From Chrysomallon squamiferum (lineage: Eukaryota > Animalia > Mollusca), in contig CM022671.1 of NCBI GenBank assembly GCA_012295275.1, positions 3,782,001 through 3,846,000 of the forward strand: DNA of 64,000 nucleotides. The letters are read 5' to 3'. Below the pieces are notes generated by a model, which was not told the DNA's origin, made no database searches, and saw only the letters and a program-made list of their open reading frames with translations. Shown here in pieces: positions 50,020-64,000 of this stretch. The first letter of the stretch is position 1. Every line of letters begins with the position of its first letter. The position numbers were made by a program, and so were the translations under genes.

Positions 50020-52416
50020 GGAGAACGCTAGGATGTAACTATTCAACAACAACAACAATAATAATAATAAGAAGAAGAGATGATGATGATGATGACAATG
50101 GATAACACCTAGAAAATGATGATCATAAAGATACTGATATGATGATGATGATGTTGATGATAATGATGACAAATATTAAAAAGATCTATGATCTTTCACT
50201 TGTCTAGAACCTGAGTCATGGTGACCAACTGGAAATCGGAAACTTCTCCGTCGGCGTTGACTGGTTTGAAATCCGGCGGCAGACACAAGTCAAACACAAA
50301 CTGACATTCTGGAAACAAGCCACGCTCATCCTCAAAGAAGTAACTGAAATCAAAATCCAAGTATTAACTATGACGATTTACTTACATACAATGAACTTTT
50401 TGTTTCGAAACCTGGTTTTGACACTAATTAAAAAAACTCACAAAAAGAACAAAAAACCAACAAAAAACGAAAACAAAAAACCCCCACAAAGATACCCAGT
50501 CAAAAAAAAAAAAAACAATAATATATATATCAGTATAAATCAGTGTAAATACCTACTCTATAAATTGGCGTATTTCGTTAGTGTTTAATCTAGAATTTCA
50601 AGTAAAATATATGTACTGGAGAGACTTAAACTCTACAGTGAGAAACCTTCACAGGGATATTCATCATTCCACGTACATGAAAGTATCTCAGAAAAGTTGA
50701 TAAAATGTTACTCTTCTTAAGCTAAAATACAATACTGGACTCGACTCTGTTGTACTGAGGTGTCCTTAAGAAACTGGGTTCTCAGAAGACAATTAGATTT
50801 ACCAACAAAAAAGGGTAAATGCAGAAACCTCTTTGTAAACTATATTATTATAATGATAATACATGCTTATAACACAGACATACACCCAGTAAAATATACG
50901 CACGCACGCACACATGTAAATAAATGAAAATTGTAACTGATACTGCGCATCAGTATAATATTGTTATTATTTTAGTACAATTAGGTGTAATATATATAAT
51001 TATTACATCGTACACAAATAACACGCAGATATTAAACACGTATCTACATACAGAGTTATTATAAAGTCCATGTGCAGTTTTAAATTTTCGATCATCTGAT
51101 CTGTGAATGACAGAACTGATCTGCGAAAACAATAAGAGAAAAGAATTTTCGGATTTTTGAACACATACACAGTTGAGTTTCTTAATTTTCAACATGGCCC
51201 ATCCTCATGGCATCAAATCTGAATACGATTAAGTTCTAGAAACACACATTGCGTAGCAGATTTTCAGTTCTGCTATATACAAAGTTTAAAACTGCACAAG
51301 GACACTGCATTTACCTAATACTTCCAACAGGTGTGAGTTTGTCAAGGTAAGACAATTCCACAGAGGCTTCCTCCTGACATTCTTTGACCATGCATTCCTT
51401 GATGTCCAGACCCGAGGTCATTCCACCAGCGCACTGACAATATCAGTTTGTGATTTAACGTTATTCGGTTAATGCAACACGATCGTACGACGTATAAATC
51501 AAGATACATTTGTCTACTTATAAACAATAATAGATATAAATCACGTTTTTAGGATTTAACGGGTAGACGTGTATAAATAACAACATTTCTGGCTGCTTGT
51601 AAATCACACGAAGTGTAAATCAGATTTAGAGGTGTTAAGCAGAATAACGATATTTCGGTCTAGTTATAAATAATAACGATAATAATAATATACACATAAA
51701 TCAGATTTAGTGGATCTAATACAGAAAATGGGAAAGTTTATGACTAACGATATGCATGTATCAGTTTATTTTTATCTTGTACGTGAATCGTGTACATAAA
51801 ATGGCGCAGAAGTAATTTGACACTGAGATTAACGTCCTGTTCCCAAGCAAGAGAAAAGCGCAAGACCACTTAACCTTCATTTGTTATTAACTAATTCTTT
51901 AAGATTAACGGAATCTAAAAACAGAGTGCAGATAAATTATTTCCAAATGACTGTGTTATTTCTCGTTTACGTGCACATAGGCAGGTATGAACAAATATCT
52001 GACATTTATTGCTATTCACATTCTTGCGACTGACTGATTGACAGACGTAACCTTTACTTATAATAAAGTATGACAATAAAATAAAAAGTCTGAGGTAAAA
52101 CAGCATTTTTTCTCTCTCTTTCCCTTTTCTGTTCTCTTGCGCGGATAAGTAAGGAAAATACCATGTTATCAAGAAGTCCTGGGTAAGTCTGCTTCGACTT
52201 GGATCGTCTGCCAATCCACATCATCACTTCACCAGACGTCGTGTGAATGTAGCCGTTTAGATGTACACCGTACTGTATTGTGCCAAAAAGACCTTCAACA
52301 AAAGAGATAATAAACAAAAGAAGAAGAAAAAGAAGAAGAAGAAGAAGAAGAAGAAAAAAATAAAACAACATAGGTCGCTACAATAATGTAAAATCGGCAA
52401 AAACAAAACCAGTTTC

Positions 52417-52450
<34 letters not shown>

Positions 52451-52478
52451 AAAAAATATAGGAAAAAAAAAGATGATG

Positions 52479-52531
<53 letters not shown>

Positions 52532-52821
52532 TTAGATTAATTTAATCTACTTACACGTAGCAGCCCTTTCCATCTGCATGACTGGTTTCTCACAGAAAGA
52601 TGGACGCACGTTATACATCTAAAATACACATACTGCTTGATGTTTATAACATTTTTTCTACGACTAATACTGCTTCAAGTGCTCCTAACTACTACAACGA
52701 CTGCGGCCGCTGCTGTTGCTGGGAAGGAGGAAGAGACATAGAAGAATTAAAGAAGGATGTAAAAATTAGAAAAGATGAATGAAGAACTGTCAGATACAAA
52801 GACGAGAATGAGCAGTGAAAG

Positions 52822-52852
<31 letters not shown>

Positions 52853-53557
52853 AATAAAAATAAAAATAATCATAATATTAATAATAAAAAAATAAATAAA
52901 TAAATAAATAAATAAAGGTGTTGCTATGAATTCCACCCTTACGGAATAACTAACCTCATCTCTCCAACCCCGCAGAGTACAGAACACATTCTTCTTTCTT
53001 AATTCAGAAAGCACGTGAGCCACAGCTTTAGTTCTGTCTGCGACAGACGACGTCTCGACAGAGAGATGAACAACAGGAGACGAAGACTCGTCAATGGAAA
53101 AAACTGACGGAAATTTCCGAAGTTCTTCGACTACGTCCTGCCTGATCAGTCCAACCTGTTTTCCGCAGACGATAAAGGGCAGACAACTGCTACGAGAAGA
53201 GTCTGACAACAATGATATTAATTAATTAATTAATTTGATAAAAATTCGATAACTGAGCAACAAACCTGTCTCAAGGTCCGTTTTGAAAGTGCCAGTAACA
53301 TAATTAAACTGAAATATCCTTTGACCAAACAGGCTAACAGACAGGTCGCCAGCATTAGTCAGAGATAAATAAAAACGTGTTTTCCATTACAATTTGATTA
53401 AATTATTGAAGAATTTGATTTCATTTCTCAATTCGAGATTGTTCCTTTTTCTTCTTCTATCACTACTTCTGCTACTACATCTTCGTCTTCTTCTTGTTAT
53501 TATTACTATTATTATAATACATTCTGTAATTATATTATTACATGGATGCTGATGATG

Positions 53558-53592
<35 letters not shown>

Positions 53593-53597
53593 TTAAT

Positions 53598-53632
<35 letters not shown>

Positions 53633-53854
53633 TTAATATTTGTATTATTATTCATTTTGTTAGTTATATTAGTTTTAGAGCCGTAAACATTTGGCGCAGA
53701 ATGTATAATAGTGCGTATAAAACACAACAATTGTACCAGTCAATTTGTTGTTCCATCTTCGCTACTGTATTGCAATATTACCTGGGCGAAGAAACGAATT
53801 ACATTTCCGTACAAGTTTAAGAACGCCTTCGGAAAAGGAAGATTTCTCATTCAT
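49053..53854 (-). CDS. Nudix hydrolase with N-terminal DUF4743-type domain (yeast YJR142W / S. pombe Tnr3-Nudix / plant NUDT20-like), 8 exons
   Basis: Exons on the minus strand: 53854-53782 ([24 protein letters not shown]), 53202-52955 ([12 protein letters not shown]...LRGWRDE), 52618-52555 (MERAAT), 52292-52162 ([14 protein letters not shown]...[20 protein letters not shown]), 51433-51315 (Nudix box CAGG...KECQEEAS), 50343-50211 ([20 protein letters not shown]), 49752-49656 ([17 protein letters not shown]), 49123-49053 (TGA). All phases are consistent. Confidence 0.92.
51066..51303. mobile_element. Foldback / MITE-like element with nested inverted repeats in Nudix-gene intron 5
   Basis: Outer arms gtccatgtgcagttttaaatttt / aaagtttaaaactgcacaaggac match at 21 of 23 positions. 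Inner arms are cagaactgatctgc / gcagattttcagttctg. No clear target-site duplication. Confidence 0.45.
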
Positions 53855-54181
53855 TCTGAAAGCGCAGATAAACGGAAGGAGACAGTACTCCAAAAGGATA
53901 AAAGAAAGAAAATATTCACTTCACGAGTTAACTGTTTACAAAACGGAAGCTACGCTGATTTACTTTGAATACATCGGAACGCCATATATAAAATTGTTAA
54001 TTCTTCTATTTTGTTTGTTTTGTTATGATAGTCTCGACGAAGTTTTATTATTAACCTGCATTTTAATGTCGTTTTATTTGAAGAAATTTTTAGAAAATCG
54101 TTTTTGAAAATCAAATCGGACATAACAGTCAATCTCGAAAATGATAAATGCACTCAAACTAATTAACGTAACTTTAAATTA

Positions 54182-54293
<112 letters not shown>

Positions 54294-54395
54294 GCATTTG
54301 TTTCATATATTTTAGTTTTTTACTTTTCCAAACATTCTCGATTTATGCATATAGGTTTATTTATATACTGATTTGGAAGTGGGATATTCGGGGAT

Positions 54396-54442
<47 letters not shown>

Positions 54443-54525
54443 ACTAATAATAATAATAATAATAATAATATATCCGTTAGATAATATTTGATTAGAATAT
54501 GAGAAAAATTAGTCTGCATTTATTA

Positions 54526-54560
<35 letters not shown>

Positions 54561-56631
54561 GTTGCTGTTGTTGTTGTTGTTGATATTGTAGTTGTTGTTG
54601 TTATTGCTCTGCTTATCGTTAGGTTGTTTGTACAACCACGCTGTAACAACAACAACAAAACAAAAAATAAAACAATAATAATAATAATAATAATAAAAAA
54701 TAATAAAACAAACCATAAACAAAAGCACCCCCAAAAACATAATAAATCAGTCACTTAATATACTTCATGTATTTAGGCTATTAATTTTCGTAACGATGTC
54801 AAAGATGCATTTTCAAACAACAAATATTTTATTTACAACACGCAAACCGTTAACCATGACACGTTTACAGAAATCGTGGTAAACACCTTATATTTCAGTA
54901 TTTTGAAGATTTTATTATATAAAGACAGCAAAACAATATTTTCCACTGACGTTTTATTGTCGCTATTTTCTTTATTTACTTTTTATATAGGCAGTTTGAC
55001 GTTAATTGTTCACTATCTACGTTCTTCTTTTTAAAGATAGTTTTAATTATTCTATATATATTCCACTTAAAGAGGATTAATCTTAGTTTGTTTTTGGCGT
55101 ATCGTTAATAATCCATGTCAAACGGCGAGGTGAAATATTCTAGACTAACGCGATATTCAGTTCAGTGACCTTCACTGCCCCGTAAGGATAACGTACAAAA
55201 ATTAATGCCATTTATTTATTATAATTTTATTTCTCCCCTCCCCCAGTGATTAATTGTGTTATAACCGACTAAAGATGTTATTGTTGCTAATTTTTGAGTG
55301 GTTTTGTTTCTATGAAATCGATTTGCGTCAGAATATTGATGTCAGAAATAATGCTAGTTAAATATAAGGTAAAATCAGAATGAATTTGCCATCGTTTCTT
55401 TTAGTGTTTTCGCAAAAAAAAAAAAAAAAAAAAAAATACAGTTATCGTTCTTGATGATATCTCGATTCCAGTTGTGAAAGGGTAAAATGGCGGAGTTTTG
55501 AAACAGTATTATTTTATTATTATACTTTCTTATAAACGATGAGAGATCGCCCGTAACAATAAAATAAAAACATGGAAGTAAAGAAGAATCTTGTTATTCA
55601 GTTTAATTTATACCGCCACACGTGCACAATGAAGAAATTGTCAGAAAAGTGAATAGTACAAGCGCTACAAACCCCTTACTCGTTACAGATACAATTGTTG
55701 ATAAATATTAAATATTACTCTTTATTGTTAGTGCTATTATACTTTATAATAGTTATTAACTATTTTAAATGTTTTTCATTTCATTGCATATTATTTTTAA
55801 ATTTGTTTTGTTTTGTTTTATTTTTCTTTCATTTATTTATTTATTTATTTTTTATCACCGTCATCGTAATCATCATTATTAATATTAAAAATATATTAAC
55901 AAAACTTTTGACATACATTTTCTTACAATGAATACATAATTGTAATAAAATAATAAAAAAAAAGAATCCTAAAACAAAAGTAAATTAAATAAAGAAATAA
56001 ATAAAGAAAACAAATAATGAAAAGAAAAGAAAAGAAAAGAAAATGAAAAATGAAAGATTAAAACACCATTATAACAAAAAAAAAAGCAAAGCAATAACAA
56101 CAAGATTTAAACACACACAAACAACAAATAACAAACGTTTAATAAATGTCATATTTAAAGTCTTGCTAAGGCTGTTTTATTTGTTTTTTTTCAGACCTGT
56201 GTACAAAATATCCGTCGCTGCTAATATAGACAATGATTTATGTTTTTTTTATTATCATTTTACAAAACAAACAAAATTTTTTTTATTTATATATCAATTA
56301 CTTTTTACATTTGATAATGGTTGGTAATAAAATATGGCGGTGTATCGTTATATAAAAAGAGATTTATTATTGTTTTCTTGATAAAATTCATTCAAGTGTT
56401 ATACTGCAAATTTAACATTTGTATACCATCAACATCCAGCTTTCGTACCCCAGAAATCGTAATCATAATTTTATGATGTTGACCCGTAATTTGTTAAACT
56501 TCATCAGTATAACTATTCTTTTTCTTAGAAAAGATTATATTAAAATAATGCAGACACAAACACATAAACAAACTCAAAACATACAGGAAAATTCACATGC
56601 AGAAAACTATTAAAACTATTTAGAAAACAAC

Positions 56632-56676
<45 letters not shown>

Positions 56677-57363
56677 CCTTAATCGAAACTAAACATCCAT
56701 TCACGATCAACTTCACAAAAAACCTTCAAGGCCATAAATCACCGAACTTCTTATTAACACATTATCTAATTGGCTCATATGTTGTGACATGCGCACTAAA
56801 TATTAGCAAAACATCGAACATCCGGTTTTAACAAGGAGAAAAAAAAAAAAAAAAAAAAAAAATTTCAAGCATTTGCGGAATCTGATTGTCAAAAAATAAT
56901 AAACCATTCTTTCTGTTTCTTTCCTTTTTTTTAATCTTTCAATCCCAGTGAAGTGCATACCTGAGCCGATCTACATGTCCTGTACCCTAAACCACTTGTG
57001 CCGGACGGACAAGATGACATACCTCAACGACCTACCCTCTGATGTACATGGAAAATGCATAGTTTTTCTTTTTTCAAATGAAGTATATGAAAATTTATGA
57101 TTTTACGTTTGACCTTTTCTTTGGGTAATGTTTTGAAGGATGGAGTAGAGAGACACTGAAGACGTAGTTTAGTTGAAAAAGAATTCCTAACAAGTACCGC
57201 ATTGTCAGCTGGGGTCATTCACGTGAAACACCTGTCTTAATGACAGCTTACAGGTTTTTGCCTTTAAAATAAAATAAAGTTACCTACGTTGATAATGCTG
57301 TACACGTCGTTGTAGTTTTTAAACGTCAAATGGTGCTTTACACGTGAACAAAGTTATAGTGAA

Positions 57364-57396
<33 letters not shown>

Positions 57397-57789
57397 TGTT
57401 GTTTTACTATTCTTTAAAAGTAATCATATGTTGATAATAATAAAGTATAAAAATAACAACGTGATATAAAACGTATATACGTACATATCAATCTTTGTGT
57501 GCATATTTATGCGGCTATATGAACAAGAAAAACTCTTTCTACAACTGTTCTAGCCATAATTATTATTGTTAATTACTGACGATTCTGAACATACGTGTGC
57601 TACTACTGCTACTACTCCTGCTACTGCAACCATTTATTAATATTCTTAAACACAAAGAGTATAAAAATTTACGTGTGTTAAATTTTTATATTTTAAAATT
57701 AAATCGGTTACATTTAAAACAAAATTTATAATGATAATTACGACGACGATGATATATATTTTATTTTATTTTATTTTATTTTATTATTT

Positions 57790-57852
<63 letters not shown>

Positions 57853-58520
57853 TTATTATTATTATTATTATTATTTCGTTTTAATGTCTGCTTCTATTTC
57901 ACTTTCACTTTTAATATGATGGAGAACTGGGGAAACAATGAAATACCTTCTTCAACTGCGCACTACTTTCACATGTGACATTTTAACTAGATATTCAAAT
58001 ATCTTTTTGTTCATTTCTTTGTCTTTGTCACTCGCACTGAACGTATACTGACCTCAGAACATTAACCCGGAAGGCATCTGGAACGCTAATGACGTCACAA
58101 GATGCACAAACTGTACAATGTAAGGTCGTCAAACTATTGGTGACTTCTTCGTGCATGTCCAGTAGTAGGTCTAAAGAGATTTGAATGAAGGTGTTAATTC
58201 TCCGTATCTGTTACTGACAAATATGTGGCACAGAGTGCATATAAAAAATATATGTAACCAAATGTTTATTTAGTGTTTGACGGATATTTAGTTTCTTATT
58301 GATACTGGAAACAGGCCACAGTTGGCTGTGATAGTTCAAGATTGTTTTAAGCTGTACTGTTATAAATGTTTTTTATATTTACATTTTTATTTTAACCCTT
58401 TCACAAATGACATACATGTTTGAAATGATATAATGAACATATATTTGAAAAAAAAAAAAAAGAAATAAAAATAAAAAAAAAAAAAAAAGAAAAGGAGAAA
58501 TTTGTTTTGGTAACATCATC

Positions 58521-58598
<78 letters not shown>

Positions 58599-58859
58599 TT
58601 CTTTCGGTCAGACTGTCTCTGACGTTTTCTCTTTCTTTCTCTTTTCTCTGTTTTTCTTCTTTCTCATTCTCCCTTTCCTTTCTTTTTTAATTCGATATTT
58701 CCTATTTAAAAAAGCATATTGCTGTTTTGCTTTTGTGAATGCTTATTTATTTATTTATTTATTTATTTTCAAGTCCTCTCTTTATCGATTATAGACAAGA
58801 AAATTCTAGTCGCCTATTATATATATATGTGTGTATGTATATATATGTATAATGTATGT

Positions 58860-59024
<165 letters not shown>

Positions 59025-59438
59025 GTTCTGTTTGAATATGCCGGTCTGATGACAGTCTAAAAATAGCACTGTCAAGTGTGTAACGCGGAAGCTTTTGGCT
59101 AATTGTCTCGCTTGCAACATACAGTGTTATTTTGAATGACAGAATTAGACAAACTTTGTCACCGCAAGCTTAACAATAAAATTTTATAATGCTTGACAGC
59201 AACATTTTATAATGCTTATTAAAAGCATAAAATGGAAAGGCACATCTACAGGAATATTTTTGTAAGTAAATTTGAATATAAGAATAAGTAATAATTTTTA
59301 GAAAAAGAAAAACATTTTTTTTTTTGAGAACATTAACGTAGATAAACACCTTCGATCACATGACACTGCAGTAACGTATTTCAAAAAAGAAAAACAATTT
59401 CAAACGACGTTGTGATAAAAAAAAGAGGCATTAGTGTG

Positions 59439-59471
<33 letters not shown>

Positions 59472-62400
59472 GGACTGTTTAGCCAGCACATTTGAGTTCT
59501 GTGACGCATACAAATACACGTATGATGTCATCATGGAGTAGGGCTATGTACTAACAAATGGTTATTTCCCGTTCCAATCAGGCGATGGTGTAAGATGTCC
59601 CTTATATAGAAAATAACCTTCAATCGATCTCTTGCTGCTTTTACTATTAGGCTTTGCTTTCAAAATGAATTCTTCTTAATTTAAACGAGTAAATAAATAT
59701 TTAACCAGACCTCATCGCTTTTTAGTGATTATTAGGTTTCAAAAAGTCAATTACGTCAACGACGCCTCTGTAAAGGTTACAGACACCGCAGAACAGACAG
59801 ATTATTTGGAACGGGGAAAAAAAGCCGTGCGACCGCCATGATAGGTAACGATGGTCAGTGGTACAAAAGAGTTCCAGCTGGAGAATATGAGATTATAAAA
59901 TTGTTTTCCACTCAAGTAACTTGTTTCAAAGCTTTGACCGACGAGGTGTCGAGGACACCGTGTTCGACGTCACGTTCTGCAGTCGCTGTCGTTGTTTCTT
60001 GTCACAGTTTTTGGCTGATTGTTTCGATGGGTGATGGATGGACGCAAAAATGGCAGTGAGAACAGACATTCTTTCTATTAAACGGTTCACGGACCGACAA
60101 ACCACCGTGGTCCTCACGTTATAACGTGTTTGCACTGATGTGACTTTTGAACATTTTTTTTAACATTGTTGTTCTTTTTTATTTTATTTTTATTTTTTTT
60201 TTTTTTAATTTAATTTCATTTACATTACTTATTTGTCTAGTCATCATTTACGTTTTTATTTTTTTATTTACGTATTTATGTGTCTCTTTGCCCTCCTACC
60301 TATCTGTTTTTCTGTATATTCTCTCTACCTGTCTATTTATACGGCATTCCGGTTTTTTTTATCCATCAGTTCATCTAGCTAATCTACGTTCCTATTTGCC
60401 TGCCTATCTATCAGCCAGTGTTTCTCTCTGTCTGTCTATCCGTCAGTCCATCAGTATTGAGTAATCTATCTAATCTACCTGATGCATGCCTGCCTAACTT
60501 CGTATCTACCTATCTTTTTGTCTACCTGTCTATCTGTCTGTTTATCCATCTAATTATATATACATGTAGAAATACCCACGCAAATATATTCGCACACAAT
60601 ATTTCATAATGTAATTGGATATCAAAAGATTTAAAAAAAGACTTTTATCTATCTGTCATAAACCTGTAAAAGAGACGTTTGTAAGAGTAAATTAAGAATT
60701 TTTTTTTTTTTAGAAAGATTCATCTTAGTTATGACAAAGAAAGATTTATTTTTTTTTATTTTTTTATTGTTATTTATTATTATTATTAGTTTTTTTTTTA
60801 TGTCACCGCAGGTTCCAACGAAAAATGAATAGTCTAAAATGACATTACAAAGAAGAATTGGATTTTCTGTACCATTTTGTACCATATTTTTTTTTTTTTT
60901 TTTTTATTTCATTTTCTTTCTAAACATAGCCGCCTTTTAATAAATCATCTCTATGTTTAAAATAGTATCTTTTTTTTTGGTTTATTATTTTTGTATTTAG
61001 ATTAGCTGCAATGTCACAATATTCTAATGAATGTAGAAATTTGAAACTAATATAAATTCTATTTATTAAAAACAATAGACAGCTATTTCTGAGTGTGCGT
61101 CTTTTACCTTTATGTCTCAGTCTTGCTATCTCTTCTTTCTCTCTCTTCGCTCGCTTCCCCGTTTTTTCTTTGTTTCTCGTTGTCTTTCATGCATACATCA
61201 ATATACATGGACACACGCACATAATATGACACACGCACACCCACAGAAAACACGTTTTTTTTCTCACTCTCAAATTTCTGTCTCTCCCTAACTGACGTGT
61301 GGCTTTCGCATTTCTTTCTCTGAATATTTAAATTTTCTTTTCTATCTTTTCTGTATAACAGTTTCTGTTTCTATATTTCTGCTTTCTTTCCTTTTTAAGA
61401 ATTATTTTCCTTCACTGATTATTTGCGCTGATTTGTACGAGTTGACGTATATCATCACATGAAATGAAGAGAATTTGAATCAAATTTCAAAAATGCATTA
61501 CGTATAACGACTAAATTAATAATTAAAAATTTTTTTTTAAATTAAAAAATTCCCATGACCTTTAAACTGGAACAATTTGCAATAATTTTAATAAGATCTC
61601 AAAATATTCATTACAGGAAATACAAAATTAGATATGATAATAAACCGAATAAAATAACTAAATATTCGTCATGTTAAACGGTAACATTTTTTTTTTTTTT
61701 TTTTTTTTTTGCAATGCTTTGAATAACTCAGCAACATATTCATCTGCCGTGACATGAAGCGAAGAGTACTTAAATAACATTATATAAAAACTCTGAAGGA
61801 AATCATTTCGCCAGGATTATGTAATTAATTTACATCAGGCGAAGCAGCGAACGCGTAATGACTGTTCAGCAACTGCAGCTTGGAGACAAACTCAGTAAGC
61901 AAGGAGGCTTGACACAAGCAAAACGCAGGATTAGTCTTTCTGCATGTGGGTCAACTTTGACTGTCTGCAGGTGACGGACAGCTGTCAATCAAAAACTTCT
62001 GCTGGGTGTGGGAGGGTCCTTGGCCTCTGCTGATGACCACGACAACAGTGTTGCTGTCTTGCTGACTGACGTCGGCTTCATAACGGTGCTGGATGTTTCG
62101 GCAGCTAGTCGCGATCGCTCGACTCTAAGACAGAGAGAGTGAGTTTGACCGGTGGATACTTTTGGCCGGGTCCGGCTGAAGATTTCAAAATGGTGCAAGT
62201 CTCGCTGTTTTTCCTTCTTTCTTTTATCAGGGATCAGCTGAATAACGGTAAGTACAGCGAAACACCTGATGACGTGAAAATACCATTGATAATAATAAGC
62301 GACATACTAATACAAACACAATGAAAGAAAAAAAACTTTATATATTATGCATCACTTAAATACGGTCAAATATACTTATCAACTAAACGCGTGAAATTAT

Positions 62401-63773
62401 GTAAGTAAATTAATACATGGTAATATGTAATAACCATCTTAGTACATGTCAGTATATAAATAACTTAGATTAACTAGTAAATAGTATAAACATGATTATG
62501 AGTACCACCTGAACAAATAGTAATATATATATATATATACACACAGATACTATAGTTTTGAATTCGTTTCATAATTACGCCAGTTTGAGTTACTGAAGAA
62601 AATGATTTAATATTAATAGAGATGCAAGATTTATTTCTTTCTCCGTGTAATTGTGTGTATGTGTGTGTGTGTGTGTGTCTGTGAGTGTGTAGATGTATAG
62701 GTAGGTAGGTTGGTAAATGTATACATACATGTATGTATGTATCTATCTATATGAGCATCAAGTGAATAGTGCGTCGTCGTGGAATAAAAACAACAACAAT
62801 GGATTAAAATATTCTGCTCTGTTTCAGTTTTGCCTTAGTATTTTGAATAATTACAGAGATTCAGTAACAGCTACAAATTGAAATAAATATTTATTTTTTA
62901 CTTTGGAATCTGTTGTAAATCTATATTTCGTAAGTAAAATAAATGAAAATAAAATAAATTCTAAACACGAAGAAGATGAAGATAATGTAGTTGACGAAAT
63001 ACAAAAAGGAAGAACAAATATGAGATGACAAAGGTTATTTAAAAGAAGACGAAAATGAAAGATAATTATGTAATAGAGCTCGAAAAAAAAAAGAAGAAGA
63101 AGAAGAAATAAAAGCAGAACATGAAAAGTTTTACGTAGAACTGAAGAAAGAAAATGGATATAAAAGCAGAAACTAAATTTGAAAAAAACAAAACAAAAAT
63201 AATTACAAACTGCAAGTGAACGAAAATGAGAAAGGAAAAACAAAAAATTACAAGAAAAAAGAAATGGTAAAAAAAAAGCAAAAGGAAATTGGACACATGT
63301 ACTTAATCTTTAATTTGTTAAACGATAAATGTACAAAACTAAAGTGGTTTTAAGTGCTTGGTGACGTTTTGTTTTAGACTGAGATTAACAGAAATAGCAT
63401 TTTCAGAAAGTAGTGAAACAGTTAATCTGTTTCGTGGAAAACACGTTAGTCAAATAGACTCAGTCTGAACTTACATTGACAATGTCTGTGACAACTGACT
63501 TTAGTATTTTTTATTACAACTTCAAATTTTATCGTTTTAACCTGTAATCTGTTACCGTGGCCAACTTTCTTGTCTTTTCCAAATATAGGAGTAGAAAAGA
63601 CAAAATATAGTTACGTGAATATAGGAATATATATTAACTAATATGTTATGCTAATATTAATGAACCAAACTATCTGGCATACAAAAGCTTAAGATTTGAA
63701 ACAGATCACTTTTACAACAATGACAAAAAAACAACAACAAAAAAACCAAAAACAACAATAACAAAAAAATAAA

Positions 63774-63844
<71 letters not shown>

Positions 63845-64000
63845 AAAAAAAAAAAAAAGAAAAGAAAATAAAAGAAAATTAATATACAAAATTAATCAAT
63901 GTGCTCAAATGATTAATGTTGACTGTTATGTTAAACAAACATTTAACAGTATCACATGAAATAAAATCATAGTTCAAGCGATACTATCAAACAAAAACAA

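Noticed and set aside
53265-53387. Possible first exon of the Nudix gene with a CAG|gtttg donor
   Set aside because: No ATG in the required phase. Exon 53854-53782 supplies a start, the correct phase and family-like sequence.
57024-57218. 64-aa minus-strand ORF and nearby donor-like sites
   Set aside because: No recognisable homology and no consistent splicing partner; more likely UTR or regulatory sequence.
61989-62198. 69-aa minus-strand ORF in the GC-rich island
   Set aside because: Non-ATG start, stops flanking it in the frames I read, and no recognisable domain.

Overview
AT-rich, microsatellite-dense eukaryotic DNA from an invertebrate animal (probably a mollusc-type protostome; not determinable from sequence alone). 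I assembled four complete intron-containing genes by hand from GT-AG junctions and reading-frame phase: a CCDC117 homolog (+, 7681-15824, 6 coding exons), VPS53 (-, 29911-18605, 20 exons), DHX37 (+, 30726-47356, 29 exons, head-to-head with VPS53), and a DUF4743/YJR142W/Tnr3-like Nudix hydrolase (-, 53854-49053, 8 exons). Both ends of the window (1-7600 and 54000-64000) are non-coding, with local duplications and enhancer-like islands. Almost all other ORF-track entries are simple-repeat artefacts. The main oddities are: (1) a 4 x 68-bp tandem amplification of a VPS53 splice acceptor plus exon start; (2) a 5-fold amplification of a DHX37 splice donor; (3) several intronic hairpins whose mismatches are mostly G-U wobbles on the transcribed strand, one overlapping a putative branch point and a cryptic acceptor of CCDC117; (4) an apparent +1 frameshift in DHX37 exon 13. 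I found no prokaryote-type system, CRISPR array, tRNA/rRNA or coding transposon.
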